DNA of 64,000 bases. It comes from Ophelia neglecta. Its lineage: Eukaryota. Both the position numbers and the translations under genes were made by a program. Positions 1 through 14,975 of this stretch are shown piece after piece (within the stretch, counting starts at the first letter, position 1; every line of letters starts with the position of its first letter). The stretch lies in the NCBI GenBank assembly GCA_965285935.1, contig OZ260667.1, positions 31,992,001 to 32,056,000 of the forward strand. Reading direction: 5' to 3'. Under the pieces are notes generated by a model. That model was not told where the DNA came from and made no database searches. It worked only from the letters and a program-made list of their open reading frames with translations.

Positions 1-2251
1 ATCAAGTTCCTTGCTCTACCACCAAGACACGACATATTGGCTCCTTGAAATCATAATTAGCACATTGGAAAAGAATTTGAGGGCCTTGTTCCGGAAAATC
101 ATATATAACAAGTGTACCAGGAGAGCTTGGCTTTGACAGATAGGCCTGGGATTCAGACTGGCAAGAATGTTAATCTTTGGAAATTACTTGTTAGATAGAA
201 CAAACACAGCTTGCTGATGACAAAATTGTCATTGTTACTTATTGTTGACAATATAGTCATCGCTAGTTATTGTTGACATTTATACCACTGTAATACTTCT
301 TTATTGGGCAGGAACTGAATCTTAATTCCCACAGCATTCCCACTGATATATGCTCAGGTGTATATACACATGTATACTGTGTATCATTAATAATAGAAAT
401 ATATAACTACATGTACTAAGTTTAAGGCCAGGAAAACCACTTCTTATTATTAGGCCGCACTTTTAATATTGCTATTATTAATTTCCTTAATTATCTCAAT
501 TATTGGACCACCTAGGTTTTTTCCTAATATTTTCATATTTTGGCCACTCAAACTATAGCGCTGCTTTTGTATACACATGGAACTTTTTGTGAATTATGCC
601 CATAATTTTTGTGTTTAATTTTATTGGTGCACCTTGTATGAACATTTAATCATATAAAAATCTGCCAAGCTCCTGGAAGTATTGAAAACAGTAGGTAGGG
701 CTGTTGCTTGGGGGATAGTTGATATCTATATTTGGACCACCCCTTTGTCTGACTTGGTAGTTCATTTTCATTCCTTAATTAACTATTGTAATTAATTAAC
801 CAATGGTCTAAAAATTAGAACAAAAATCCAAGCCGGTACCACGGCCAATACTCCACCCGTTCTATACTACTATGTTCAGTGCCGTTAAATTCACAAAATA
901 TTAAGGTACTTTAAACATTATGACCCAACTAAGTCTAAGATCATGGAGGCTTCTACCCTTTGCTATGCAGCGTCAAGGTGTTGGCCAGGGATGCTCCCCC
1001 CTCATCTGTGTCAGATCATCTGCGTCACTAGTAGGGTTATGGTTATTTTACTAACAGCAGATAGAGCTTTTTAACGGTATATTATATTTCTAAAGCTACG
1101 ACTTGAGGGTGCTGTTCAGTTCTCAGGTGCTGATGACCGACCACAGCAAGCGTGAGGTAAATGTTTTTATTATGTTTTTGCCACACTTCTGCCATGAAGG
1201 CTTCTGCCATTGAGGTAAAGCGTGTGGTGCTATGTGTTGAGTAGTGTTATCAGGATACAGGAGGTTATACGCCTGGTAACAAGCCGTCTGCCCGCCTGTG
1301 TAAAGTCTCCCCTAATGTGTATTATATTCATGAGCTTACTTATCCACAAGACAGCCACTGCTTCTTCAACAATCTCTAGTGACAAGTTCATCCCAGTGGT
1401 TATGAATATGTTTATATGTAATGTTCAATTCATTATATCCTTTTCATTAGCTCTTAGTCCAAGTAACATATACAATCTCACATATTGCCAACCATGTAAG
1501 CAGCTCTATCTCTATATCATCAAACAGGCAGGCTACATTCATGTGTAATCAAACAAGAACTTGTACTGTACGTACAGTGTGTCTGCCTTACAGTATATAA
1601 CATCCCTCCAATTTCTGTAATATTCATAATCATAAAATTGTCAATATTTTCTTTCAATATACATGATCCTAAAACACTCCCATGATAGAATCTACACAGG
1701 GTGGTTACACTCAAAGCAATGACCCGATCCAAGCCATGTAACCCACAACCCAGGGGCTTGTACGCTGATCAAAGCAGGTAACTCGGGTGAAGATAAACAC
1801 CTCCGGCCTAAGTAAAAGTAAATATATACTGACCAAAAAATTAATTGTGTGGAAAACAGGTGAGGAATGTAGGCTGACCTCAGACCAGTCTCGGTTAGAA
1901 AAAACTGTACATAACACCTGTCCTGTGTGTTAATTGATTCAGCAAAATTGGTTTTACCATAAAACTAAATGATGGCTTATGTATGAAAGAATGCAAGATA
2001 TAAATCTCAAAGTAAAATGTATGTTTAGGAGCTGGTACAAGGATTCAGGTTGCTGGTAAATTTAGATCTTTTATTTGGGGCATTTGATAATGTTTCAGGA
2101 GCAGGTGCTAGCTACCAACTGGAGTAATAGTTAACACATAAAATCTTCACACACTCCAGAGTTGGTTGTCTTTTAAAAGATATCTGCAGTACCAAGCCCC
2201 ACAATACATATGAAATCATTTTTTTAAATTGCCATGCTCTGTTTTGACGGC

Positions 2252-2810
2252 CCTGGTTGAGACAAGTCTTGACTTACAAGGATGTATTTGCTATAAATTT
2301 GAGAGCTGTGGTTGAGACAAATCTTGACTTATAAGGATGTATTTATTTTAACTTCACCAGCTGTGGTTGACACAAGTCTTGACTTAGTAGTATTTATTTT
2401 AACTTCACCAGCTGTGGTTGACACAAGTCTTGACTTACTAGTATTTATTTTAACTTCACCAGCTGTGGGTGACACAAGTCTTGACTTACTAGGATGTATT
2501 TTTACTTCACCAGCTGTGGTTGACACAAGTCTTGACTTACTAGTATTTATTTTAACTTCACCAGCTGTGGTTGACACAAGTCTTGACTTACTAGGATGTA
2601 TTTGTTTTAAATTTGAGAGCTGTGGTTGAGACAAGTCTTGACTTACTAAGATGTATTTGTTTTAAATTTGAGGGCTGTGGTTGAAGGAACTCTGGACTTA
2701 CTAGGATTGTTTGTTTTCACTATGAGGCCCTGGGTAAGATAAGTCTTCACTGACATGTACTAGGATGTATTAAACACAAGTCCTGACTTACTAGGATGGG
2801 TTTGTAGTAA
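2252..2810. repeat. Minisatellite, ~10 copies of a 51-55 bp unit
   Basis: Unit AGCTGTGGTTGACACAAGTCTTGACTTACTAG... recurs at 2359, 2410, 2461, 2512, 2563 (period 51) and 2618 (55), degenerating at both ends. Confidence 0.95.
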
Positions 2811-3011
2811 ACTAAGAGAGGTCCCTAACTTCCAAGGCCACTCTAACTCTATAAACTCTTACATAAATACATAAATTATTTACATAACTGTTAATTTGTT
2901 CAACATTCAAATAAAGTTTAAGATTCAAAACAAAAGGTTTTTTTGTGATTGAAAAACAGTGACATTCTTCATGGACTTTATGTCCATGTACATATGTACA
3001 TGTGGGTGTTG

Positions 3012-3078
3012 GGTACTGATTGAGGTTGTTTCAGGTACAGATCGAGGTTATGTCAGGTACTGATCGAGGTTGTGGCAG
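3012..3078. repeat. Short tandem repeat, 3 x 22 bp
   Basis: GTACTGATCGAGGTTGTTTCAG-like unit repeated three times. Confidence 0.8.
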
Positions 3079-6000
3079 AGATAAATGGCTAGACATAGTG
3101 AACTTGTAGTGTGAATCCTGCAATGTTTAGATTATCAATCTCACTTAGGTTTTATTGAATCGATGTCATTTCTGCGATGTCATTTCTGCAGACCTCTTTT
3201 CATGCTGAAAGCTTTATTAACTGATCCCCAAGCCGCTGGAACCCATAAACCGCAACTACAAGCATGGACTACACAGCCACCAACTTGATTACTGCCACCA
3301 GCTCGGCTCAATGGAGAGATGCTGGCAAGTACCCTGAATAAATGGTGCTGGGGTTCTCACTGGAAATCAGCAGGGTTCTCACTGGAAAGCGGTGGGGCTA
3401 ATAAATCTGCCAACAATCAATCCAGACTCCCCTGCTTTAAAGAGTGCTCCCTTACATAAGAACTACAGATGCTTGGGGGAAAAACAATATATAATTGGTA
3501 ATGAATGACTGACTAGGTAGAACACACAGATAATCAAATTACCTAGTAAAAAATGACATTGGTAGGATGTCTGTTTATTTAATGCAAACAGCATTTTTCA
3601 TTTTGGGCCATAGCTCTCAGCAGCAGTTGATAAAACGTTCCCACAATAAGATGATGGATCTACAGATCAATCCAGGATCACTGTCCTTCATTTTAAATCA
3701 TTTCACAACAAAGTAAATTCCAGCAGGCCACTGCTGCCCTCTAACAGGCGTTATGTTTACTAACAAACAAGACGATAAGTTTGTTTAAAAATACATCGGA
3801 AATCTATTTCGGCTATGGACCACAGACTCAAAAAACTTATAGTAACCTCAATTCAACAAATGATTTTTTCTGTCACAGTTTTCCCTGCTTCTTAGTAATT
3901 TTAAGTGAAACAGCTAGGAGATCCAGGTGTGGAAGACTCTTGATTATCTTGATATTGTGTTGACAGCCAGAACAGGCTGACAAACAATTTGTTTTTGCAT
4001 CACACATGATCAGATAATAAAGTTAATTACTCCCAATGATGATAACTAATATGTTTGGCCTTATCAATAGACCTCAGAGAGGATAAAGAATTCTATCAGA
4101 TGTAGACGCCACCTTGACCTTAGACAGACCTGTTGGAAAGTCATGATTGAGGTAAACTCTGAGTTTCTCTCAATGTGTCTACCATTGAGGGCCGACTTTG
4201 ATCAGAGCATGTCACTGATAATAACCTGAAAACTGTCTCATTAACAGGAAGCTCACTCCAAGAACAACCTGTTAAATAACTCCACACCACCAAATATTTG
4301 ATTATTTGGCACATATTGAAGAAAACAAATCTTAGATTACAGACCAGGTTTTTTTATATAGTCCTTGAGTAATTAGACAACTTAAATTTTATGTAATATG
4401 ATAAATTTCATATGAAAAATGATAATTTCTGCTTCAATGTTATCTTGGTACATCATAGAGATATAAAGTTGGTGTGTTTAGGTACAGGTACTTGTCTCAA
4501 TTCTAAAATTATGTTATCACATCTACATGTACACTGACCTGCTGCCATGCATGTGGGGATTGATAATGTTAACATATAAATTAAGTACTAGGAAATGACC
4601 ATCAGCAAAACAGAGAACAAGCTATTGGCTATGAAATTCAAGCCAGGGAAGGCCTTTAAAAAAAGGAGGCAGTGAAATCATTCACCATGGAATGTGCTGT
4701 TTGTAGATACTGATGAAACAACTTTCCACACTAGGTGACATGCAGACTGTTGTAAAAGGTACACTTTTATTGTTGCAGCACATATGAGACTTTCCCAATT
4801 AACTACGAGTTTAGTTCGAAGAGAGTGCCCTAGGACCATTGTTTGCAGTGCTTCCCAGACCAAAGCCTCGTGATGTGGCAAAGATGATTCAGCAGTAAAT
4901 CGTAGTAACATTTAGTGCTGAAAAAAAGTGGTGATTGGCAGTGTACCATGGGTGGGTCAGTGGGGATTTTACCAGCAGTCAAGTTAATTAACACAAATTC
5001 CTTCTTTAAGCTCTACCCACTCATTATCTCCTCTTACTTCATAAAACAATGGAAAAATTCAAAAAGTAGAGACAGACTGGAAAGTTAAGTTTATGGATCA
5101 AGGAACACTCTAATGATGACATCTTCCAAACGGTTGCACTGGGATGATAGTTATGAACTCTACAGCGTCAGCCAAGAAAAAAACAAACAGCATATGTTAG
5201 TTTGGTCCAAAAAGAGACATGGTTAAGTCCATAAATCTCTGCTACATCTGTGTTACTTCAAAAATCTGTGTTACTTCAAAAATCTGGCCAGTCAAATTTG
5301 GCATTGACCCTATGCCCTATGCCCTATGACTACAGGAAGAGCAACCCAGGGTTTTCTGCACTCAGATGCAAACAAATATGCAGACAAAAATGTAAACTGT
5401 CAGCAAGAAGAGTGACTTAGGGACCAGTGACCACCACCTGACTTGCTTTGTTGTCTAATGGACAGCCCGGTATTTAGAAACACCAATTAGCATCAGGGAG
5501 AAGACAAATTCTCGGTCTGTTGGTGAAGTGTGCCTTCTGAATTTCCAAGAAGGTTAACACCCCAGGATCTGGCCCATGTTATTAAGCAACATAACTTCCT
5601 TCTGATGTAAGAACTTCCAATATTAAATGAAGACTTAAAAAAAATATTTGATTATCCTAAAATCTGTTTAAAAAAACAACAACAGAAAATCAAATTAATT
5701 TGTTGATTGAAAAACAAGTATTAGGTCAAGTTGCTTTTGTATTCTGTAATGGTCTGCTTTTCTCTATGAACAACAAGGGACATTTTTATAGAACAAAATA
5801 AGCTAAGCTTAAGAAATCTACTAAGGTGCTTTGAAAAAGGTCATATAATGGGTCCAGAACGATGCAAGAGGTGTGCTCCCTGGGTGTATGTCATACCCAG
5901 AACGCCTGACACCATCTATCCGGCTCATAGATAAAGTGGTCAAAAACCTCCCGGCCAAACTCTGTTCTCTGCAATTAGGTGTCAACCGATACCTGTGTGC

Positions 6001-9000
6001 CAACATAACTGTGAATTCCAGTGGTTGATCTGGGCTTTGGACTCCATTACTCTGTAATGGATAGTTTACATCGTCGGCTTGAGGGGAAAGGTGGGCCGAC
6101 ACAGCAACAAAATGTATAATAGTGTGTCAGAGTAAGATATTTTAGCAAATTTTGAGAATAAAACTGTGTCGCAAAAATTTTCTGTGTAAAATGAAAACAA
6201 TACTACAAGAATTGGACACAGGCAAAAATCAGACTTCAAGCATTTTTTTGAATTGAGAATTTTGGCTGACACAATAGTATCTCACGGCTGATGATGCAAA
6301 AATTCATGTTGCACAAATATATTTGTTTCTAGTAGTTGACTTAATAGTTAGAGTTAGGAATATTAAGGATTATCATGGCATGTTATTATGGCCTGTATCT
6401 GTGGTATGATGCATGGTTAATATGCATTATGAATATTTTTTTTCCAATTCAGTGTAGCAATAAAGTTAGGGAATTGCATATTTGAACATTTATTATTATC
6501 TGGCCTTGATAAATCTGAAAAAAGGCAGCAACATTAATAAATGGACATACCTTCATATAGGTACAGAATATTTCTAATAATTACTACCTTCATAACTTTT
6601 TCATTTTTGTATTGATGGTGTGTATTACAAATTACATAGCCTACATGGTATGCCATGTCACTGGGGCAGACATGGCAAAAGCCGAAGAAGCCAGGGGCGC
6701 TCTTTACCGAGCAACAATACATCACCCAGTGTACAAACTAGGTAACAGGAGTGTATGGAAACATGAATTTAAAAGAGTGTACAGCGTCTTTAACCAGGTG
6801 TCATAGTAAGATACATATCACTACGCCAGAATAACCAAGCATCCACAAACTGTCTAAACACCATTTATAATTACAATGTAGATGCAAGCAGTGTACGACT
6901 GCGTGTAGGGGGATCCCACGAACTGTAGCAAACTGGATCAGATTATTGTGACAGCACAGTTTAAAGACATATCTTCTCAGAAAATCTTTCTTGAGATCTC
7001 ACCATATTTCCATAAAGTCGAAACAGCCTACAAATTAAGACAACAGACAAATAAGATGACTAATGATATGCAGACCATACTGTGTATATTTTCAATATAG
7101 AATAACCTGTCTAATCAGACCAAATTTGTAATCAGACTAGTATTTTACAGTTTCTTGGGTGGTCTTGAGTCATGAATTTACTGTACAGGCACAGGTACCT
7201 GTATCAATGATTCATTAATTCTGCCATTTTTCTAATCAGGAAGACGTCATCAGAGCGGAAGACAGGAATGTCAGAACACTGCACCGTCTAACCTCCAAAG
7301 AGTCAGCAGACTGGCTGAGTATATAAAGAGAATAAAAATCGCAAAAATTATAAAACTTGGCTCAGTTTGCAAACAGTAAAGGGTTTAAACTGATCATTAC
7401 ATGAGTTTGATGGTGTTGCAATTGGACAAAACTGAGTGGGCCGCCTACCCATCAAAGACCAAGGAGGATGGAAGGGGAGATAAGGGTACAACACTATGAA
7501 GTGGCATTTCTGATAATCATAGCTCAATTTTATTGAGCAGTTACCAGTTTTATACTACTCACTGATACCATAACCAGACAATAATGAGGGGAACCCAGCA
7601 CGGTTCTTATATCACAAAGAAATCATTCCAAGAAGTGGAGTGAGTGCAATTTAAACACATAGAATCAACACTGAGCGGGGAAAGGGGAGATGAACTTGGA
7701 ATTTTCTGGATTAAGGTACTTCAAAGTAACAATATGAGGCATATCTACGTTCTGTTAGGAGACGTCGAGCCCTTCTCATTCAGTAATCAGAAGTTAGGTA
7801 GAAGAAAAGTTTCCTAAAGTTCAGAACATACATGCCAATAGACCTTAGTGGGTAAGAGCTTGATTATGCAAGACAGGGTCTGGAAATTTGTGTACAGCCA
7901 CATTTAATGGAATTTGTATGTATATTGTACCTGCAGTGATTTTGGACAAAAAGCAGGCAAGGGTATTTACAGCAGTTTACTTTGGGGGGCACATATCAAC
8001 GGTCACATATACTGTACAAGGAGGCCCAGGGTGGTCCTTAAATGCACAGTTTTCTGTGTATGTATCCAGAAGTGGTGTGTCTGGTATTTCTAGCACACAG
8101 ATGCTCTCCATCACAAATCTGAGTTTATTGAACTGGCCAACAAACTGTCGGGAAAATCACACTCTTCACACACAGGCACCTGCCCTAGTAGTAACTGATA
8201 TACACACAGTGAATTATCCTCGAATAGGGTTATACTTGTACAATGTGTGTTGGAATGAAAATGGCGGTCCAAGTTACAAATTAAATATTCCCTTTTCTGT
8301 GCTGGACCTAAATTCTAAACAACAGAGGACTAAACTGTAAAATGTGAAAATTACTTGTCTTAAAATGATTAACAAGTTCTACAAAATGAATATGATAGAA
8401 ATCATATTATATTTTTGCATTTGACTCAATCACAAAATTAAGAATAAATGCATGTATGAAAATGTACATTTATACTTATGCTTTTCATCACTTACATCTG
8501 GGATTGAAATGCATTTTAATCCCAGCTTACATGCTGTAAAAGTTTTTTGTCTCTTATCTGTCTTGTGCAAGTGCACTTTTGCTATTTTCTCCTAGAAAAA
8601 TTAAGCATTAATTAAGAACAATAAATTATTTTAAATTGAATTGTAGGCCAGAGAGTATAAAGTCCGAGTCCCATTAATGGAGAAGTTGGTTCACAGTTAT
8701 CCACAAATCGATCGGACACTACCATTTCCTGGCAGTTGAGAAGCTGGATTCCATTGTCTGCTGCCACCTACACTCAAATGGAGTTTTTTCTGCAGTCGGT
8801 TCAACAGATGGACAACCCCAATTTCTGCAACCGGTGCTGCCACCTGGGACATTTGTTTGCACCTTTAACTAGCATTTCAATTTTTTCAATATTTTTACCA
8901 ACCAGTGAAATATATTTTGAAAGTTTAAAATGTGAATACAAATCACATGGTAAAGATAACCGGATTATGTCTATTACCCGCAAGTTAGTATGTGTACAAA

Positions 9001-9954
9001 AATGAAAGTACAAAAACAAACTCTAGCAATAGCAAGTTTACAAAGATTGAGCGTACAGGGATGGAAGGTTCTGCCCTTCCGCCTCCCCCGCCCCCTTGCA
9101 GCTAGCAAAACAGCAAGAGTCAATGGCCAATGCATATGCATAATTTGTGAAATCTATCTGTGTCTGGTGATTGAGTGTGGAAAGATCCCCTTATGTGCTG
9201 GTTTACCAAAACAACACAGCTGTTTCCCCATCACCTAACTCCTATATTGAAATGGAGACGACTAGTTCTGATATCTGTTAATTACAGTTCAGAAGACTGA
9301 GGCCGCCTGCTCGCTGACCTCGTGACCCTGGTCAGCATCCCTTAATCCCTTTTCATAACCTTCCTAGCATTCCCTGTTGCCCACACATGCCAGTTTCCAG
9401 TCTCCTCTGGTGGCCTAGGGTGGCACAGAATCGCCACCTTGGCTCCAGTAGTCAAAAACCTGTCAAAAACATGTCATCAGTGGCATGTGCTCTCCGTCTT
9501 GTGGGTTGATAGGCAGAGCTCGAGGGTTTTTATTGCCGTTTTGAAAAATCTCACAGCATGGCGTGATGACACAAACAGAACTAGGAATGAACAACAAGTA
9601 ATAAATGCATAATTGTGTGGCAATGACATCTGAAAATAAAACCCAACAAAATGGCAATAAAACCAAAGATTCTTTTAAGATATCTCGCCTCAACTAATAA
9701 ATCTTAGAAGGCTCATTATCTTTCTGGGTTATTTATGTACTTAGCAACAAAACAGCTTCTCAACTTGTCAATTTTATGAACATTTGTGAAGTACATTTGT
9801 CAGCATCTGGACCAGACAGAGCGGTCAGAAAATATAAAAAGTATGCCATGAATGTCACTTGAAAGCTGCCAGAGAAGGTCTTACTTCATTTATCTGGCCA
9901 TTCTATGTCACAGGAGTGTGCATCACCTCTGAAAAGCAGCTAATGGCCATTTCA

Positions 9955-10047
9955 TCCATACACACACCTCCCATACCCACACACACCCATATCCCCATAC
10001 CCACACACTACCCCGATACCCATACACACACCTCCCAAACCCATACC
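9955..10047. repeat. CA-rich low-complexity repeat
   Basis: Degenerate CCCATACCCACACA units. Confidence 0.7.
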
Positions 10048-13000
10048 TGATACATGTACCTGCAATTACTGCTCTTGATTTGCACTGTAGGGAATAACTG
10101 TAGGCCTTGGTACTCCCCCATTGACACAAGGCAGGCCGTAATGGCTAAATTATCAATTCATATAAACTGGTCCCTCACACAAAAGTCAAATGTACAGATT
10201 GATTATCAGCTTTATCACTGGTCAAGCGTCTCCTGTTACCAAAAGCCTTTCCTGTTAATGACCTCCAATAGGTCTGCAGATGGGCAAATCATTTAGTCTG
10301 AAGCCAGCATGGCTCTACCCAGAGTGTGCCACTACAAAATGAGCTTTCCAGTTCCAGGCCCCTCAAAAGACACCGGAAAACACATTACCAGTAGATAGAT
10401 CAATTTCAGTTATCACTCAGAATAATAGTCAGGGTCAAAGTTCAAATAAATCTTTGTGCTTCTCAATTTACACCTCATTTTAAACTGTCTAACTTTGTTG
10501 CAGAGAAAATTCATAATATTTTACTAAGTTAATGATATACATTATCAGGCATCTCCTTTGGGATTCTTGTAAATGATAAGAGCAATGAAGACAAATGGGC
10601 ATTCCATAAAGATGAGGCCGGCTGATCACTTGTTGAGCTAATTACTAAGTTGCTAGGGGCGCAGTACACAAAAAGGTGAGAGGCACAGTGCAGATAATTG
10701 TGGCTGACATTCCAAGGCTATATGAACTGCTGTCACATCCACTCAGATCAGACCACAAGTAACTGCTCTCAACAGGAGGCTGCCGGGCCAAAGTATTAGG
10801 CAGTTAGTAACTCCTTGACGACAGACTAAAAGAATTATTACATATATATAAAATATGCTGTATAACTGTACATGCATTCTTGTTTCGTTTTCATTAAACA
10901 GAGATTTGGTCAGTATGAAGGTACTTGCCATACATTTGGACACATGAATATTACTGTATGGATAACTGCTGAGACTTTTAAGAGTTCTCTGGTATGCATA
11001 GTCAATACCAACTGATTAAAATGTCATATTTCTATACTCAATTTCCGCACACACAGTTTCATACATATACACACATGTGCATAGCATTGAGTCTGCCTCA
11101 CACCTGAATTATTGCTACTGATATCAGCCGTTCCTCAAAGACAGGGAAGGCAGATATTGCCCCACTGTCAAGATAGCTGTGAAAAATGGGGGTGAAATGG
11201 CCATGGGCATGCTGGTGTGCTGTTGAGGCCGACCACAGACTCTGGTAAAGAGACAAAACACGCAGCAGGAATTCCCACCGACTAGACCACAGTACAGGTA
11301 GGATTATGATCACAGGAGGAGCAGGGGGGGGGGGGGGGGGGGGGGGGCGGGGCAGGTATATGTATTACAAGGGCATATCATATGTACTCAAAGGTGCACT
11401 AGGCTGTCTGTACTTGAAAGAACTTTTTATCTATTACAAACATATGTTCCTTGAAGGGTTCAGTTATGCTGATGAATGATTGTCTTACGGTTAAAATTAA
11501 TATATTTGGCCTCCTGAGGCATTAAAAATGTACATACAAACATGGAAGGCCAATAAGATTTGAAGAATCTGGTCACAGGTTTTATTAGGTGGGGTTAAGA
11601 TACTCAGGGGGAAAGGATAGAATATCTAACTGGAAAGGGTGGAGCATTGAGCATTGACATATGAGAGGGGTGGACATGTGGAACTCCCAAACTTAGGGCA
11701 ATGAACTGCATAACTCCATGCCCCCCTCCCCCATCCCCTCGCGCACCGACGGACTAGTCACTCGCCACCATCCACCCATTCCTGGGCAAGCCAGTCCTAA
11801 CCCAATGACATTTAGATGCATAACTTCACTGCTCCCAACGCAATAATACAGTCTTTTCCAACGCAGTACTGCCAGGGATGGTTTGAAAAATTAAATGTCA
11901 AGAGTTGAGTTGTAAGAAAGCATGCTAGGTATTGATAACCTAGAAAGGTGAGGCACCATCTCGTCATATTCCAGGATCCTCAACACAAGCTGTTTACAAG
12001 GGATTGTGTTTCTCCAACTAGTTTAAAACCCACAGGGTCTGGGAGAGAGCAGGGGCATTGGGGGTTTGCCACTCTTAGTATTACAAGCTTTGGGCATCCA
12101 AAATCACCAGTACGCATTTAAAATGTTTGAGGAGACCGTCAATTTTGCAGAAAAATATATACTCTATATGAAGAAGCTAAGTTGACAAAATGGCTGAATT
12201 TTTTCACTCTAAATCAGGAACTTTACATATGATCTACCGGGTAAATATATATACATACTCCGTCAGGCAGGTTTTTGTATGAAAAATAAGCTGTCAACTC
12301 CCAGACTCCCCCTCCTCCCTTTGGTATTAACTTTCACTTAAATAACAGTGCCGTTAAATGGAAAACAACATCAACCTGGCTCCAGCTTGTTCTTATTTTA
12401 CAACTTTAATACTTAACATGTTTAAGCATGGTGTTCTCCAACTTCCATGCAGTCTATGCGCATGAATAAGACTTGAGGAAAGACAGTCAACAATTATTTC
12501 AGCTAACTATAAGAAAACAAATTACATTGTAGATCGACTGCTCTTTTTAAACGAGCAACAGATTATTTATTTTACCCTGAGCACAAAAATAAGTACATGT
12601 ATTGTTATTTTCCTCTAAGCTCACCAGCAAAGAAAAACAAGCATTATTGAATGAGAACCACCAATTACTTCCTTAGCTTTAAATCAGTCTGCAAATGGAT
12701 TGGGGAATGGACAGGTCATGTTGCTTGTATTTACATGTCTGATTATACTAACAGTATAATTTGATTGAGGTAGGACACTAAAATAAATTGGCTATTAAAA
12801 GAAATGCTCCCAGACGTCTGTAGTATGAATGAGTGGGAGTTAAGTGGGCTGGGATGATTGTACTCCAGCAAACTGTTCAATCACCCAGCTCATCTACAGT
12901 CACTTAGTTATATAGGAGAGTGCAAATTTGTATATAAACAAACAGTTTATTCACCATTGAGCAGCAGGCTGTAGTGTCTGATGCCAACTGACCATTTGAC

Positions 13001-13483
13001 TAACTTCTCCCCTTCTCCCAGGAGAATTAGGCAGACGGGGGTCGAATACCAGAGAAAATTACCTGCAGGCGGGGGAATAACTGGCTTATGACCACCTGTG
13101 TTACTTGTCAAAGAACACCATCAATCAATCAAACACTTGAAACATCTCAGAAGACCCAAACATTCTTCTACATACACATAAAAGCAACTTCTATTTATGG
13201 ATGACGTTGGTACTGCCTTGGATTGAAAATTTAAGCTACTGAAACAAATTAAAGACCTACAAAACAGATCAGTGTTGAAACTTGGATCTGAGCTATGAGA
13301 AACTTGCAGTTTAATGACATCATAAGGCAGATGCCAAGGCTAGGTTTGGAAATAATCTCTTGATCATATTTCATTTAATTGGCCCAATTCTTGACAGCAC
13401 TCTCAGCAGAAGTTCTCCCCTCATCTCCCTTGAGTCTAATACCCAATTTTACAATTCCATCTGTTTTCAGTGACTTGCTCTGC

Positions 13484-13606
13484 ACCACCCCACCCCTACC
13501 CCTCCCCTCCCCTACCCCTCCCCTACCCCATTTTTAGGCACCCACCACCCCATATCCTGCCCCATCCATCTCCCACCACCTTTCACCCCTCACCCCTTCC
13601 CTTCCT
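13484..13606. repeat. C-rich low-complexity tract (G-rich on the CAP sense strand)
   Basis: Dense CCC/CCCC runs separated by 1-3 nt. Confidence 0.75.
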
Positions 13607-14689
13607 ACAGAGGCTGAAAGTATTTTACATATCAAGGCCCAAGACTGGACTTTTTTTTAAAAAGAGTTGATGAGGTCCCTAATATTTGATCCATTGAGAC
13701 AAGGAGGTTACCTAATTTAAGGGACCCTTTTCACCATCCTGACCGTTTTAACATAAATCATTATCTACATTATTACATACATGATGCACAAGTTATGCCC
13801 AGTAATTATTATAATGGGTTTTAGTTGATAATTAGGTAGTATAGGGAGACATGGTATAATAAATCACTTGTCAACTTTATACTATCATTCTCAGATACAA
13901 AAAGTCTAATTGACTAGTTTACCCAACTGTTTCTTAATCATAGAAGTTGTTGTTAAATACTCATTAAAACTCATTATTATGCAGCACATGCAGTCTGACA
14001 ATTAATGTTTATGCGCTGTGGGGAACAAATGGTTATGTGCACTTACAATTTGAAAAATTGTCTGCAGAACCACAGCCCAGAAATATGAAACAGTCATAAA
14101 GCATTCCTGGCGCATTACAGAAAACTGAGTAATATCTGAGTTCACATAACAGTGATTTAATGGCACTTTGTTATTTGAAGTTCACTGAACACCCGTGTGT
14201 GTATATGTCAGGTTCACTGTATACTGGGAACAACATGTCTACTTTATTTCAAACTCCCCAGCAAGGAACCAGTGTAACATGTCACTTTTTAGAGACAAAG
14301 ACACGTAGGGGAGAAAAGGGCTCTGCAGAAAGTTTTCTCTAATGGTGGTGTCATAAAATGGTTTACAACATTAACATTTCATATGGGTCTGCCATTTTGA
14401 AAGTAGTATATCATAAGAATATCAGAAACACAACAGTATTGAGGAGTGTTTGTGTGGCAAATTTCAGTTCTCTAGCTCATAGATATAACTTGTATTATAT
14501 ACACAGAATCCTAAGGGCTACATTCATATTCCAAATTTCATAGCTCTATTCCTGGCAGTTAAAAACAGAAAAAAGAGTTTTCTTATCCTTTTCAGTGCTG
14601 GGGCCGATGGATTCCTATTACATATATAGTCAATGGGCAATTTTAAGTCAAAAGCTGATCAGAGATCTCCCAGTGATCCTTCCAAATAA

Positions 14690-14975
14690 TCCAGTTTGAA
14701 CTTGAAAATAGGACCCAAGGTCAAATATGAGATCTCCATTGAATTCCTTACATAGGACTTACTATTCGTTGTCATAACATCTAATATGTCTTTCTTCCAC
14801 TGTTAGCTAGTTAGAGTAGTATTAAAAACTGCTGTCTCATATGACCTTGAAAAAGACTCAAGGTCAAAGTCAAGGTCACCACTGAATTCCTTGAATATCA
14901 ATTTGACCTTGAAAAAAGACCCAAGATCCAATTTGAGATCACAACCGGATTTACTTGTATATGATGTCCTATTAG
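14690..14975. repeat. Degenerate interspersed-repeat remnant with TGACCTTGAAAA...CAAGGTCA motifs
   Basis: Three related copies of (T)GACCTTGAAAA-GAC(C/T)CAAGGTCAAA...GAATTCCTT at ~14697, 14842 and 14905; this motif style is common in invertebrate non-autonomous elements. Confidence 0.55.

Noticed and set aside
2312-2634. Repetitive 105-aa and 101-aa ORFs on both strands
   Set aside because: Explained by a 51-bp tandem unit lacking stops
7238-7330. CRE/ETS-like motif cluster with TATATAAA
   Set aside because: TATA-to-initiator spacing does not fit on either strand and no exon is supported
7888-8340. 150-aa plus-strand ORF
   Set aside because: Non-ATG start, no recognisable domain, intronic composition
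13470-13670. Proline-rich plus-strand ORF
   Set aside because: Low-complexity C tract on the wrong strand for CAP
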